Source: a virus. Taken from it: 64,000 bases of DNA. Position numbers and translations under genes: made by a program. The notes beneath the pieces were generated by a model. The model saw only the letters and a list, made by a program, of their open reading frames with translations, ran no database searches and had not been told where the DNA came from. Positions 45,220 through 54,072 of the stretch are shown here, piece after piece. Location of the stretch: IMG/VR virus record IMGVR_UViG_3300047491_001507; one strand, 5' to 3'. The first letter of the stretch is position 1. The number at the start of each line of letters is the position of its first letter.

Positions 45220-46008
45220 TCATATATCTGTTCCTGCTTCGGTTGCCAATGGCAAGCCAAGGACTGATTTGAACGATTCTTTCCATCTTATCTTAGGTTC
45301 GTCCTTGAGAATATTGTAAATCTCATGAACACGTTCGTCAGTCTGTCCCATTTCAATACGAGCAATTTCTTGAGGATCAGTGTCTGGTTGTACTCTGGTT
45401 CGAACATGGTTCATTTTGCCGATCCAGAAAGTGCCTGTAATCCATGGTTCTAGTTTGTGAAACAATTCAACGACATTCTTGCTGTCTAGCATTGGTTCCA
45501 CGCTGACACTTGTCTGAAACCCCTGCTCCCAAGCATATTTTAGACAATTGAAACGTTCAGCATAAGTAGGTGCCCCTGGCTCCCAATAGGCTAAAATATT
45601 ATCATCATAAGCTCCGATGGTGAATCGGAATTGAATTTGATCTTTTTGTTCAGCGAATTTTTCACAAATAGCTTTAATCACTTCCATGTACGGTTTAGAA
45701 ACTAACAGGATGTTATTGCCTGCTTTTGTTAATCGCTGAATGGCTTCTAGAGTTTCGGGCAGTATGTCTGGTGTAAGATCATGGGCCGTGGGAAACATTA
45801 CCACGCCATCATATTTTTTACTGAATCCAGTAAAAGGTCTTTCCTTGAGTTGATTATAAGTTGTTCCCCATGTTTCTGAATCACATTTGCCTAATCGAAC
45901 TGTACGTTCACGAGCATAGCAGTATCGACAACGATGAACGCACCCCAAATGAATGTTGAGTGAAACTTTTGCCCACTCCAAGGTGCCACTGATTTTTTTC
46001 TTTGTCAT
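45220..46008 (-). CDS. radical SAM protein, SplB/COG1533-like (spore-photoproduct-lyase-type DNA repair fold)
   Basis: GCVHRCRYCYAR (CX3CX2C followed by Y-A). Confidence 0.65.
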   Translation of the reverse strand: MTKKKISGTLEWAKVSLNIHLGCVHRCRYCYARERTVRLGKCDSETWGTTYNQLKERPFTGFSKKYDGVVMFPTAHDLTPDILPETLEAIQRLTKAGNNILLVSKPYMEVIKAICEKFAEQKDQIQFRFTIGAYDDNILAYWEPGAPTYAERFNCLKYAWEQGFQTSVSVEPMLDSKNVVELFHKLEPWITGTFWIGKMNHVRTRVQPDTDPQEIARIEMGQTDERVHEIYNILKDEPKIRWKESFKSVLGLPLATEAGTDI

Positions 46009-46163
46009 GATTGTTTCCTAAGACTTTTTTCCATTACAATGATGGTCAAAATAGCAATTATTGCTGTAATCCAGGCTAAGGTTTCGTGAAAGCGACCTTT
46101 TGATATGCTTATGCTTAAACATATTAGGCCGCATACAACACTAATATAATATAATATCATCAT
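46005..46163 (-). CDS. small membrane protein (53 aa)
   Basis: ATGA overlap with the radical SAM gene; hydrophobic; below the track cutoff. Confidence 0.35.
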   Translation of the reverse strand: MMILYYISVVCGLICLSISISKGRFHETLAWITAIIAILTIIVMEKSLRKQS

Positions 46164-46186
46164 CTTTAATCTGCAATTTCTAGTAC

Positions 46187-46384
46187 TTAATTCCTTTCCT
46201 TAAACTTTCTAATAATATCTAAGTTGAATATATCAGCATAATTTTGTGAAGGTATTGAATCCGAAAGAATCGTTGCTTCAGCTTCAAGCCAACGTCTTTT
46301 AAGTGTGTTTTTAGCATACAGATAAGCATAAGTTGGACTTGAAGCAATTATCGCTTCACCTTCAGGAAATCTGCCAAACAACAC
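46187..46384 (-). CDS. 33-aa repeat family, short or truncated copy
   Basis: Two repeats plus the family C-terminal ADIFNLDIIRKFKERN motif, downstream of the full-length copy. Confidence 0.45.
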   Translation of the reverse strand: MLFGRFPEGEAIIASSPTYAYLYAKNTLKRRWLEAEATILSDSIPSQNYADIFNLDIIRKFKERN

Positions 46385-46406
46385 ATCTCTAGCGTAAAAA
46401 ATTCTG

Positions 46407-47009
46407 TCATGTTGTTATTCTTTCCGCAAACTTCCTGATAACATCCAAGTTAAATTGCTTGGCGTAACAACGAGTACAATCATCACTTGTAAAAATTACC
46501 TTTTCTGCTTCAGGCCAACGTGCTTTAATTATTTCTTTGGCATATCTGACGGCACAATGTGGATCTTTCGCAATTGCCGCTTCGCCTTCAGGAAATCGAT
46601 CTTTTATTATCTTAATCGCATATTCACAAGCATAATATGCACTGGTGGCAATTACTGCTTCGCACTTAGGCAAACGTTCTTGAACTACTTCTTTGACGTA
46701 ATTATAACACCATTCTGGATTTTTTAGGATTGCTGGTTCGCCTGTGAGCCAACGTCCTCGCACAATATTCTTGGCATAAAAAAAAGCATATTGCGGATTT
46801 TTCGCAATAAGCTCTTCTGCTTCAATAATTTCACGAAAATGAGTGCCATTTTTGATTATGTAATTATAAGCCTCATATGCCGTTGCAAATTCAATTCTAC
46901 TGACACCGAGTATATCACCGAGTATATTATCGAACTGCCGACCCAGATCCTGATCTCCATCTTCAGCAAGCCTCTTAACCAGAAGAGCAATCACTTCGCT
47001 AATTTTCAT
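46407..47009 (-). CDS. 33-aa repeat family protein with N-terminal ISEVIALLVKRLAEDGD module
   Basis: 200-aa ORF with 4-5 repeats. Confidence 0.6.
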   Translation of the reverse strand: MKISEVIALLVKRLAEDGDQDLGRQFDNILGDILGVSRIEFATAYEAYNYIIKNGTHFREIIEAEELIAKNPQYAFFYAKNIVRGRWLTGEPAILKNPEWCYNYVKEVVQERLPKCEAVIATSAYYACEYAIKIIKDRFPEGEAAIAKDPHCAVRYAKEIIKARWPEAEKVIFTSDDCTRCYAKQFNLDVIRKFAERITT

Positions 47010-47038
47010 GTTGTTGTCCCTTTCAAGGATAAACTCAC

Positions 47039-47362
47039 TTATTTGTACAAATCGCCACTATCAATAAGATCTTGAAGTTCTTGAGATTTTTTGGATACGT
47101 ATTTTATATCGACCGCCACTAGGCAATTTTGTCTATAATCCAGAATGAATACTATGCCATTGCCATGGTTTACAATATATCCCAAACAAACTTTTGGGTA
47201 TTGCAGATCAATATAATAATAAGATAATCCTATTACATCTTCCCCATCTTCTATAAGATCCCCTAAAGAAGGCTCTTTGTATTTTTCTGCTTTTGGTGTT
47301 TTAATTGGCTTTGCTTGTTTTGCTTTAATCTTAGCCATGATTTGACTCTTTTCTAAATACAT
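47039..47362 (-). CDS. hypothetical protein
   Basis: 107-aa ORF; overlaps the radical SAM gene's stop. Confidence 0.5.
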   Translation of the reverse strand: MYLEKSQIMAKIKAKQAKPIKTPKAEKYKEPSLGDLIEDGEDVIGLSYYYIDLQYPKVCLGYIVNHGNGIVFILDYRQNCLVAVDIKYVSKKSQELQDLIDSGDLYK

Positions 47363-48351
47363 TCTTCAATAGGAATTGTGTCAAACGGACGGGTTCCAGA
47401 AAGAAGTGCATTCCCACAGGTAATTCTTCCTTCATCTTCAGCACGAGAAGCAATAAATACTAATACATCGTATCCTGCCTTTTTCAGTGCTTCCTCATGT
47501 TCTGTGTACGGATGGTATGTTGTATAATCTCCACATGTTTCAATACCCCATGAATTACATGAAAATGTCTTGTGCATGGGAGTTAATTTGCAAATAAACT
47601 TATCAGGATCAAAGTATTTCAGTAGGATATATGGATCAATTTCATAACCCGCAACTGCAAAATTCAAGGTAATCTTGCGGCCAAGAACGTCCAAATCTTC
47701 AACAATCTTGGCTATGTCTTCTAGACTACAAGCGTTTCCGTTAAACATCTCCTCTCGTTCTTTTTCATTCGTGGAATTGATGCTTAATTGCAATCCTGCA
47801 TCGCCACTCATGACAGTATTCTTAAACTGCATCCACTCGTGAATAAAAGAACTGAGGTTGCGATTGTTCTTTGGCATCATCGTAGATACCACTTGGTGAA
47901 CTACATCGAATTTGTAGCTCAACATTACATTCATATGTTTGGCTACAGCAAGCACTGATGGATTAAAGGTGGGCTCCCCCATTCTGGCATAATGAATGTT
48001 GAGCCGTTTTCCATGATTTACATCAGGATGTAAACTAAGACCAGCACTCACTTGTTCGATCATATCAGAACCAGTGGCATTTCTTCCTGGCCCGACATGT
48101 GGAACGTCACAAAATCTACAACCAATTGAGCATCCATATTGTGTGCTAATGGTCACGACCCATTTCTCTTCCAAAGGAAGCATTTGGGTGTGCAAAACAG
48201 GTTTTGGGCTACGAGTTAGGCCCATAGCGTCACACTTCAGATTGACTTCTTTGCCATAATCACCAATTGACAGGCACTCCAATAGACCATACTTTCCTTG
48301 AATGACAAGAATATCGCCAGTGGGAACACTAAATTGTTCGTGAATTTTCAC
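47353..48351 (-). CDS. radical SAM enzyme of the RlmN/Cfr family (rRNA/tRNA adenosine C-methyltransferase-like)
   Basis: STQYGCSIGCRFC (SxQxGCxxxCxFC), YARMGEPTFN (MGMGEPLxN) and C-terminal RITCGNAL (the DIDAACGQL Cys). Confidence 0.65.
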   Translation of the reverse strand: MKIHEQFSVPTGDILVIQGKYGLLECLSIGDYGKEVNLKCDAMGLTRSPKPVLHTQMLPLEEKWVVTISTQYGCSIGCRFCDVPHVGPGRNATGSDMIEQVSAGLSLHPDVNHGKRLNIHYARMGEPTFNPSVLAVAKHMNVMLSYKFDVVHQVVSTMMPKNNRNLSSFIHEWMQFKNTVMSGDAGLQLSINSTNEKEREEMFNGNACSLEDIAKIVEDLDVLGRKITLNFAVAGYEIDPYILLKYFDPDKFICKLTPMHKTFSCNSWGIETCGDYTTYHPYTEHEEALKKAGYDVLVFIASRAEDEGRITCGNALLSGTRPFDTIPIEECI

Positions 48352-48640
48352 AATTTAATCCTTGCTGTCCAAAATAATAAGTTCTTCCATGATGACTTTT
48401 CTCGTTTATTACAATCTTGTATGTTCTGGCGTAAGGATGAAGAGCAATGGCTTCTTTGTAAAATGATATAAGATCTTTTTGAACAGAATCATACACAACA
48501 GCATAATTACATAAATAAGCGGTTACTGTTGCTCTTAAAAGCGTTGCTTCTTCTAAGACCTTTGCCTGCGTAAACTTGACTGGTAGTAACAAAGATGCCA
48601 AACCGCCCAACACTGTTTTCAGAAGATTTCTACGATTCAT
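48329..48640 (-). CDS. putative Tat-secreted protein (paralog of 50354..50833)
   Basis: MNRRNLLKTVLGGLASLLLPVKFTQA is a twin-arginine signal; ORF trimmed to this Met. Confidence 0.55.
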   Translation of the reverse strand: MNRRNLLKTVLGGLASLLLPVKFTQAKVLEEATLLRATVTAYLCNYAVVYDSVQKDLISFYKEAIALHPYARTYKIVINEKSHHGRTYYFGQQGLNCENSRTI

Positions 48641-48881
48641 TTGATTTTTTTCTTTCTGAAAATTTGATGTTGATATCCAGATTGAATTCTTCAGCATAAA
48701 GACCGGCATACATGTAAGGAAGCAATAATTCGCCTTCAGGCCAACGATCTTTGATTACATGTCTGGCATACATGTATATCCATCCTCTGTCCTCTAGAAT
48801 CATCTTTTCTGCTTCCGCACAACGTCCATACTTGTAAGCATAATCATAGGCTTCCATTGCTGTTTCAAATTTTTTTGTCAT
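48630..48881 (-). CDS. 33-aa repeat family, short copy
   Basis: 83 aa with ~1.5 repeats plus the EEFNLDINIKFSERK C-terminal motif. Confidence 0.5.
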   Translation of the reverse strand: MTKKFETAMEAYDYAYKYGRCAEAEKMILEDRGWIYMYARHVIKDRWPEGELLLPYMYAGLYAEEFNLDINIKFSERKKSNES

Positions 48882-49104
48882 TACTTAATATTCTTTCTAC
48901 GGTACATTTTTGACAAATCAAGCCACGAGGTTTTCCACCAGTTAAATGGCGGATTCTCAACTTGCCTTCCTTGATCGGCTTATCTTTGGTATACCAGCCA
49001 GGAAGAGGTTCGTTTGTTGTCGTCACTTGTCCGACAAATGTTGCTTGTCCTTCAATTTTTTCTTTACAGATCAGACAAATTTCACTTACTTGTGTAACAG
49101 CCAT
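48865..49104 (-). CDS. zinc-ribbon protein (possibly a degenerate HNH-like finger)
   Basis: CLICKEK...RHLTGGKP...LICQKC. Confidence 0.45.
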   Translation of the reverse strand: MAVTQVSEICLICKEKIEGQATFVGQVTTTNEPLPGWYTKDKPIKEGKLRIRHLTGGKPRGLICQKCTVERILSNDKKI

Positions 49105-49217
49105 TGATTATTTTTTCTGCTCTTAGAAAACGACTTAGAAAACGAGCATCAAGAACATTTATAGCATACTCACAAGCATGTCTTGCATTAGTCGCAATAA
49201 CTGCTTCCCAGCAAGAG
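49105..49217 (-). pseudogene. degraded fragment of a 33-aa repeat family gene, interrupted by an inverted-repeat element
   Basis: The reverse strand translates to ...CWEAVIATNARHACEYAINVLDARFLSRFLRAEKI* with no start codon. Confidence 0.35.
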
Positions 49218-49323
49218 AATTGTATCACGAGGGAGATTTCGTTACAACTGCATCCGACAGAGGTTTCCCCGTGTACTTAGGGGGCGTGACGGCGTTCCCT
49301 AATATCTCCCTCGTGATACAATT
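49218..49323. mobile_element. MITE-like inverted-repeat element (20-bp perfect terminal inverted repeats around a 66-bp GC-rich core)
   Basis: AATTGTATCACGAGGGAGAT ... ATCTCCCTCGTGATACAATT; the core is ~58% GC in an AT-rich context and sits at the break point of the degraded repeat gene. Confidence 0.5.
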
Positions 49324-49348
49324 TTTGTATTTTCATCAGAAAATTCCT

Positions 49349-49570
49349 TTAGTAGTAATCGAAGTAATATGTTCCAAGTTCTACTCGTTCACCAAGTAAT
49401 GTAAGTTTTTTCTTGAGATTTGCTATCTCATTTTCCAGGCAGATGATTCGACATTTTTCCGATTGTGTCACCCTACCAGAAGTAGTATACCGCTTGGTTT
49501 TACATTTGTAAACACAAAATTTTTCGTTTACGAGTACAGAATTACTACCGCATTTAGGACATTTTCCCAT
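49349..49570 (-). CDS. C4 zinc-ribbon protein
   Basis: CPKCGS...CVYKC...CRIIC. Confidence 0.5.
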   Translation of the reverse strand: MGKCPKCGSNSVLVNEKFCVYKCKTKRYTTSGRVTQSEKCRIICLENEIANLKKKLTLLGERVELGTYYFDYY

Positions 49571-49850
49571 CGGATTGCCTCAATTCTGACAGTAATTGTT
49601 TGCCGCTTTCGGTTAATTTCCAGTGACATGCCCATTTGTCGTTTCTAGGATCAGGAAATTGTTCAATGAAACCATGTTTTTCTGCTTCTGTTAATTGATG
49701 TTCCTGCATGGCAAAAGCATCAATTTGGTCTTGTTCACAGAACCATACATCGTAACTGCCACGATAAATGTCTTTGCGTCCGCTACTTTTTCCTTCTAAG
49801 GATTCAATTTTTTCTAAAACCCAATACATCCAATAAAATTCAGAAGTCAT
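49554..49850 (-). CDS. hypothetical protein
   Basis: 98-aa ORF. Confidence 0.5.
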   Translation of the reverse strand: MTSEFYWMYWVLEKIESLEGKSSGRKDIYRGSYDVWFCEQDQIDAFAMQEHQLTEAEKHGFIEQFPDPRNDKWACHWKLTESGKQLLSELRQSDGKMS

Positions 49851-50353
49851 TTACTGACCCAACCCCTTAAAAGATCTACTTCTATACGAAGAGAATTTAT
49901 ATCCATAATAAGTTCCTTGGTTTTTTCATGAACCTCATTACGAATATTATTTATTTGAGTGTTTAAATCTCTATGTAATAAGAGAGTGTATCTGGCAACA
50001 AAATTAAATTGTCCATGTTTGAGAATTGCCTCCTCCCCTTCTGGCCAACGTCCTTTTATTACTTCTATTGCGTATAGACAAGAATAATCTGGATGAGTGG
50101 CAATTACTGCCTCGCCTTCAGGGAATCGGCCTTTAAGTATTTTTTTTGCATAATAATAAGCAAGCACAACATTTTGAGCAATCGCTGCTTCGCCTTCAGG
50201 GAATCGGCCTTTAAGTATTTCACCTGCATATCGAAAGGAGTATTCTGGATCAGTGGCAATTTTGGACTCAAGTTCGGGACAACATCCCTTAACTTCATTT
50301 AAAACGTATATGTAAGCTTCTTTTGCTGTTTCAAATTCAGGTACTTCGCTCAT
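49847..50353 (-). CDS. 33-aa repeat family protein with C-terminal coiled coil
   Basis: 3 repeats, then a DLNTQINNIRNEVHEK coiled coil. Confidence 0.6.
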   Translation of the reverse strand: MSEVPEFETAKEAYIYVLNEVKGCCPELESKIATDPEYSFRYAGEILKGRFPEGEAAIAQNVVLAYYYAKKILKGRFPEGEAVIATHPDYSCLYAIEVIKGRWPEGEEAILKHGQFNFVARYTLLLHRDLNTQINNIRNEVHEKTKELIMDINSLRIEVDLLRGWVSK

Positions 50354-50833
50354 TTAAATTGCCCCATTAGTTTGTTTTGGCCATTCATACATCCTGCCTG
50401 GATGTGTGAACCGTGCAGCTTCTTGAAATTCTACACGACGACAGTTTTCGTTTTTCTTTGTAAATGTGATGGACTGTTGTTGTGAAAGCTGGGCATCAAA
50501 ACAATCAGTTTTTAGATTTTTTCCTTCTTCTTTTAATCTATTCACCTGATTTAAAGGTACTTCCAGTATTACAACACGAAACGTATGGGCAAGATAGCAG
50601 TCTTCCATGGCTTTTTTAAAGAATGATGCGAGATCATTATGTGTGCAATCACTTATTACATGAAAATCTTTAGCACACCAGACTACCTCGCCGTCCTTAA
50701 GATAATGTCCTTGAGAATAATAGCATATTATTCTTCCTTTTAAAGCTACTGGTCTTGCCTGTGCGAACTTGATCGGCAACAACAAAGATGCCAAACCACC
50801 CAATACTGTTTTCAGAAGATTTCTACGATTCAT
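50354..50833 (-). CDS. putative Tat-secreted protein (paralog of 48329..48640)
   Basis: MNRRNLLKTVLGGLASLLLPIKFAQA. Confidence 0.55.
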   Translation of the reverse strand: MNRRNLLKTVLGGLASLLLPIKFAQARPVALKGRIICYYSQGHYLKDGEVVWCAKDFHVISDCTHNDLASFFKKAMEDCYLAHTFRVVILEVPLNQVNRLKEEGKNLKTDCFDAQLSQQQSITFTKKNENCRRVEFQEAARFTHPGRMYEWPKQTNGAI

Positions 50834-50835
50834 TT

Positions 50836-51390
50836 TTACCCCCATCTAACATGAACATTGTCACGAAGATAATTAATTTCTTCATGAATTCTCTCTATAT
50901 CATTTTGAAAATCGTTCATTTGATCACATAAAATCCGCAGCAAAAACAACGAATATTTAGCAGCTAAATCTGGTTCCGTATTAATTGCTGCTTCGCCTTC
51001 AGGAAAACGTCTCTTTGTAATTTCGGTCGCATATGCATAACTCTTCCCTGCATCTTTAGCAATTGCGTTTTCGCCTTCTGGGAAGTGTCCTCTCATTATT
51101 TCTATAGCATAACAGTAAGCATACCAAGCATCTTGGCCAATTGCATATTCGCCTTCATAATATCTGCCTTTAATTATGTCAACGGCATACCAATAAGCAT
51201 ATTGTGGGTCTTTAGCAATTGCCTTTTCGCCCTTAGGAAATCTACCTTTAAGTATATTCTTGGCATACTCATAAGCACTTTTAGCATCTCTAGCAATTTT
51301 TGACTCAAGTTCAGGACAACGTCCCTTGACTTCATATAAAACGTGTGTGTAAGCTTCCCATGCTGTTTTAAATTGAGACGATTTAGTCAT
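50836..51390 (-). CDS. 33-aa repeat family protein
   Basis: 4 repeats plus a C-terminal coiled coil; near-duplicate arrangement of 49847..50353. Confidence 0.6.
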   Translation of the reverse strand: MTKSSQFKTAWEAYTHVLYEVKGRCPELESKIARDAKSAYEYAKNILKGRFPKGEKAIAKDPQYAYWYAVDIIKGRYYEGEYAIGQDAWYAYCYAIEIMRGHFPEGENAIAKDAGKSYAYATEITKRRFPEGEAAINTEPDLAAKYSLFLLRILCDQMNDFQNDIERIHEEINYLRDNVHVRWG

Positions 51391-51565
51391 TTAAATTTTC
51401 CTTAGCTCTTTTCATCTCTGACAACCAAGATTTTAGACGTTCAAGAATAGTTGGATCATGTTCATACTCGCTGTGGATAAAAACACGCAAAATTGGAAAC
51501 ATGTCCTCGTCTTTATAATCTTGAAGGTACTGAAATTCAAATATTTCTTTGGAGGTTTTGCTCAT
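51383..51565 (-). CDS. hypothetical small protein
   Basis: 60-aa ORF. Confidence 0.4.
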   Translation of the reverse strand: MSKTSKEIFEFQYLQDYKDEDMFPILRVFIHSEYEHDPTILERLKSWLSEMKRAKENLND

Positions 51566-51722
51566 TTATAATTCTTCTTTTTATTTCTTTTTGCAACCTC
51601 TCATTTTGTTCCAGCAAAATTAAATTGACTTTATATTGACAGTTAATTCTGATCATATTGACCAGAAAATTGACCATGCCCATCAAAATAACGCCAGTCC
51701 ACATGCCAAACAAGTAATCCAT
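51537..51722 (-). CDS. small membrane protein
   Basis: One TM helix, then a coiled tail. Confidence 0.4.
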   Translation of the reverse strand: MDYLFGMWTGVILMGMVNFLVNMIRINCQYKVNLILLEQNERLQKEIKRRIINEQNLQRNI

Positions 51723-51731
51723 GACTACCTT

Positions 51732-51950
51732 TCAGTTGCACAATGTCTTTTGAGCTTCTTTGATCGTCTTTCTCAATTGAAAATTTTCATTTTCAAGTTT
51801 ACGCACATCGTCTCCAAGTCTGATGGTTTCGTCATAGTAATATTGCCTATTTTGTGTATGTCGAATATCTCTTTTGTGCAATATAAATGCATCAATAATT
51901 GCCATCACAGCACAACCAAGCATAAAACTTCCGCCCATAGCAATCCACAT
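51732..51950 (-). CDS. small TM-plus-coiled-coil protein, paralog of 51960..52190
   Basis: MWIAMGGSFMLGCAVMAI...EAQKTLCN matches MPVIIGGAFMLGCAITGI...EAQKTLLN. Confidence 0.45.
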   Translation of the reverse strand: MWIAMGGSFMLGCAVMAIIDAFILHKRDIRHTQNRQYYYDETIRLGDDVRKLENENFQLRKTIKEAQKTLCN

Positions 51951-51959
51951 AGCATCTCC

Positions 51960-52190
51960 TTAGTTTAATAGTGTTTTTTGAGCTTCGCTAATTTTCCGCT
52001 TTAATTTGCAGTTTTCTATTATAAATTCGCCTGCCTCACGTTGAAACCTAAAGGCTTCACAACGCTGATGCTCCAAATCACATGCATTTTGAACGGCTCT
52101 TCTGTGTATGATATACATACTCAGGGTTCCAATTGTTATTCCTGTTATGGCACACCCAAGCATGAACGCTCCACCAATAATCACTGGCAT
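51960..52190 (-). CDS. small TM-plus-coiled-coil protein, paralog of 51732..51950
   Basis: See the paralog alignment above. Confidence 0.45.
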   Translation of the reverse strand: MPVIIGGAFMLGCAITGITIGTLSMYIIHRRAVQNACDLEHQRCEAFRFQREAGEFIIENCKLKRKISEAQKTLLN

Positions 52191-52555
52191 TATTTCATTT
52201 CCTTTGACGTTCTGAGAAAATCTACTTCATCTTTCAAATCAACAACTGTTTCTGCTAATTGCCTTACCAATTCGGGAATTTTTAATCGTATTGGCGAGTC
52301 ATGTGTAAAGCCATCATCGCTTTTATATGCCTCTTCTTTTAAAACGCCAAGATTATTTGCACATTCATCGAGCAAACCCCTGTAAAAATCAGCATTTCTT
52401 TCATTTTGTGCAGCAATAGTCATCCAAGAATTGATTCTTTTAGCAATTGCTTCAGCTAAAACAGAATCCATTTCTATTTTAGAAGTTTCCTCATCACACC
52501 AACACTGTGCAGCGATTTGTCTAGCTAATTCCATCCACATAATTTTTCCTTTCAA
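52190..52555 (-). CDS. hypothetical protein
   Basis: 121-aa ORF. Confidence 0.5.
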   Translation of the reverse strand: MKGKIMWMELARQIAAQCWCDEETSKIEMDSVLAEAIAKRINSWMTIAAQNERNADFYRGLLDECANNLGVLKEEAYKSDDGFTHDSPIRLKIPELVRQLAETVVDLKDEVDFLRTSKEMK

Positions 52556-52803
52556 CAGTGATAAGTTCTATAAGATTGATCTAAGAAAATTACATTGCCA
52601 TCCTGATCCATGTATTCGCTACAAAAAGTATTATCGTCATTAGGACAAGACGGTACAAACTTCGAATAACATGTGACCGTCATTGTTTCGCTATGCCATC
52701 TATAAGGAGCATCTGGGCCTTCCCAGACCCATTTGCCAGGGAATTGTTTTCGTAATTGGTCGATTACTCGACGCATTTTGGGCTTTTTGCCATTCAATTT
52801 CAT
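52552..52803 (-). CDS. hypothetical protein
   Basis: 83-aa ORF; ATGA overlap. Confidence 0.5.
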   Translation of the reverse strand: MKLNGKKPKMRRVIDQLRKQFPGKWVWEGPDAPYRWHSETMTVTCYSKFVPSCPNDDNTFCSEYMDQDGNVIFLDQSYRTYHC

Positions 52804-53222
52804 GGCTTTTTTTCTTCCAAAGATTTGGCAATTTTATTTAAAGATTCCATTTGTATGGCAATTGCCTCCTGTTGTTTCTGAAGAGCAGAATAATCAATAG
52901 TAATTCCATGTTCGTGAATAAATGTCATTGCAGCTTCATCGTTGTCAAAAATCAAATACATAAAATCATCAGCATAAAGCAATTCAACTGTGTGATAATC
53001 ATAGACTATTTCTTTCCCAGATTTTTTTCGAATTCGTTTTTCACATGCCAAAAAATAATGTTCGTGACAACTTGGACAAAGCAATTCTTCCAATTGTGAG
53101 AAACCATTACGTCTAGCAGCCAACTTGAAAGTGCTGGCTCTTGGTAGTTCAATTCTACAATATGCCCAAGGACTTGCAGCTAAAAGTTGCTCTTCTTTAA
53201 TAATCTGGACAAATAAATCCAA
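52800..53222 (-). CDS. hypothetical protein with CPSCHEH motif
   Basis: 140-aa ORF. Confidence 0.5.
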   Translation of the reverse strand: MDLFVQIIKEEQLLAASPWAYCRIELPRASTFKLAARRNGFSQLEELLCPSCHEHYFLACEKRIRKKSGKEIVYDYHTVELLYADDFMYLIFDNDEAAMTFIHEHGITIDYSALQKQQEAIAIQMESLNKIAKSLEEKKP

Positions 53223-53469
53223 CTTTCTGACTCTTGTTTTTCCTGTTCTTTATATAATTGCTGTATTGACTTTTGTAAGTTGTCAATGCCTTTTTGGATT
53301 TTTGTTAATTGTTTACGAAGACTCATGATTTTCTCCTTCTTTCTCACAGCCTGCATTAAACATAGTTTTTAATTCACTGTAAATAGCAACCCAGGCTACA
53401 TCTGGGATTTCTACGCAATTTGATTTGCACCAATCACGAATACGCTGAAGACTTGCTGCAATGTATTTT

Positions 53470-53709
53470 TCACTCATCACAAATCCCTTTTATTAAAACT
53501 ATTTTGCCTGCTATGGGAATGCGAGTTTCGTCACACAAATTTCGTATTTCGAAAATTCGTTCTCGCAATGCGATGATATCAGAAGTTAAATCTTTTATAT
53601 TTTGATGTTGTTTGATTATTAAATCAAATTTTGATTCCAAAGAATGTATGTGGTATATCAATACGACAATCAAACCAAACAAAAAACTCAGTAAACATGG
53701 CAAAAACAT
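53470..53709 (-). CDS. small TM protein
   Basis: N-terminal TM helix and coiled region; theme similar to 53731..54072. Confidence 0.4.
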   Translation of the reverse strand: MFLPCLLSFLFGLIVVLIYHIHSLESKFDLIIKQHQNIKDLTSDIIALRERIFEIRNLCDETRIPIAGKIVLIKGICDE

Positions 53710-53730
53710 GATTATTCTTTCGTTATTTTT

Positions 53731-54072
53731 TCATTCATCATCGAAACAACCCCTGATTACTCGCCAAATTTCTTCCCTATCTCTATCACAAATTTGATCA
53801 AATTTAACATATCCTTGTAAGACCAAGGTTTGTGCTGCTTTGATACATTTTTTATCTAAATCCGAACGATGAATTGGTTGTTTGTCCAATAGTCTGATTC
53901 TTGATTCTAATGTTGTAGTTAATGCTTTGAGAGAATCTAGTTCTTGTCGAACTGTAAGGAAATGATCATTTTCCAAAAATAATTTTATAGTGCCGACATC
54001 ATTGTGCATGTACAAGAAAAACAATAACAAAAGTATAAAACCAATACTCAATAATAATACTGGAAACCACAT
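53731..54072 (-). CDS. TM protein with coiled coil
   Basis: 113-aa ORF with a hydrophobic N-terminus. Confidence 0.45.
   Translation of the reverse strand: MWFPVLLLSIGFILLLLFFLYMHNDVGTIKLFLENDHFLTVRQELDSLKALTTTLESRIRLLDKQPIHRSDLDKKCIKAAQTLVLQGYVKFDQICDRDREEIWRVIRGCFDDE

Noticed and set aside
53180-53477. Two further sub-60-aa - strand ORFs (about 53180..53326 and 53330..53477) chained by ATGA overlaps
   Set aside because: Plausible coiled-coil mini-genes. They overlap the start of 52800..53222 and the 53470..53709 ORF in other frames. Boundaries are too uncertain to list as features.
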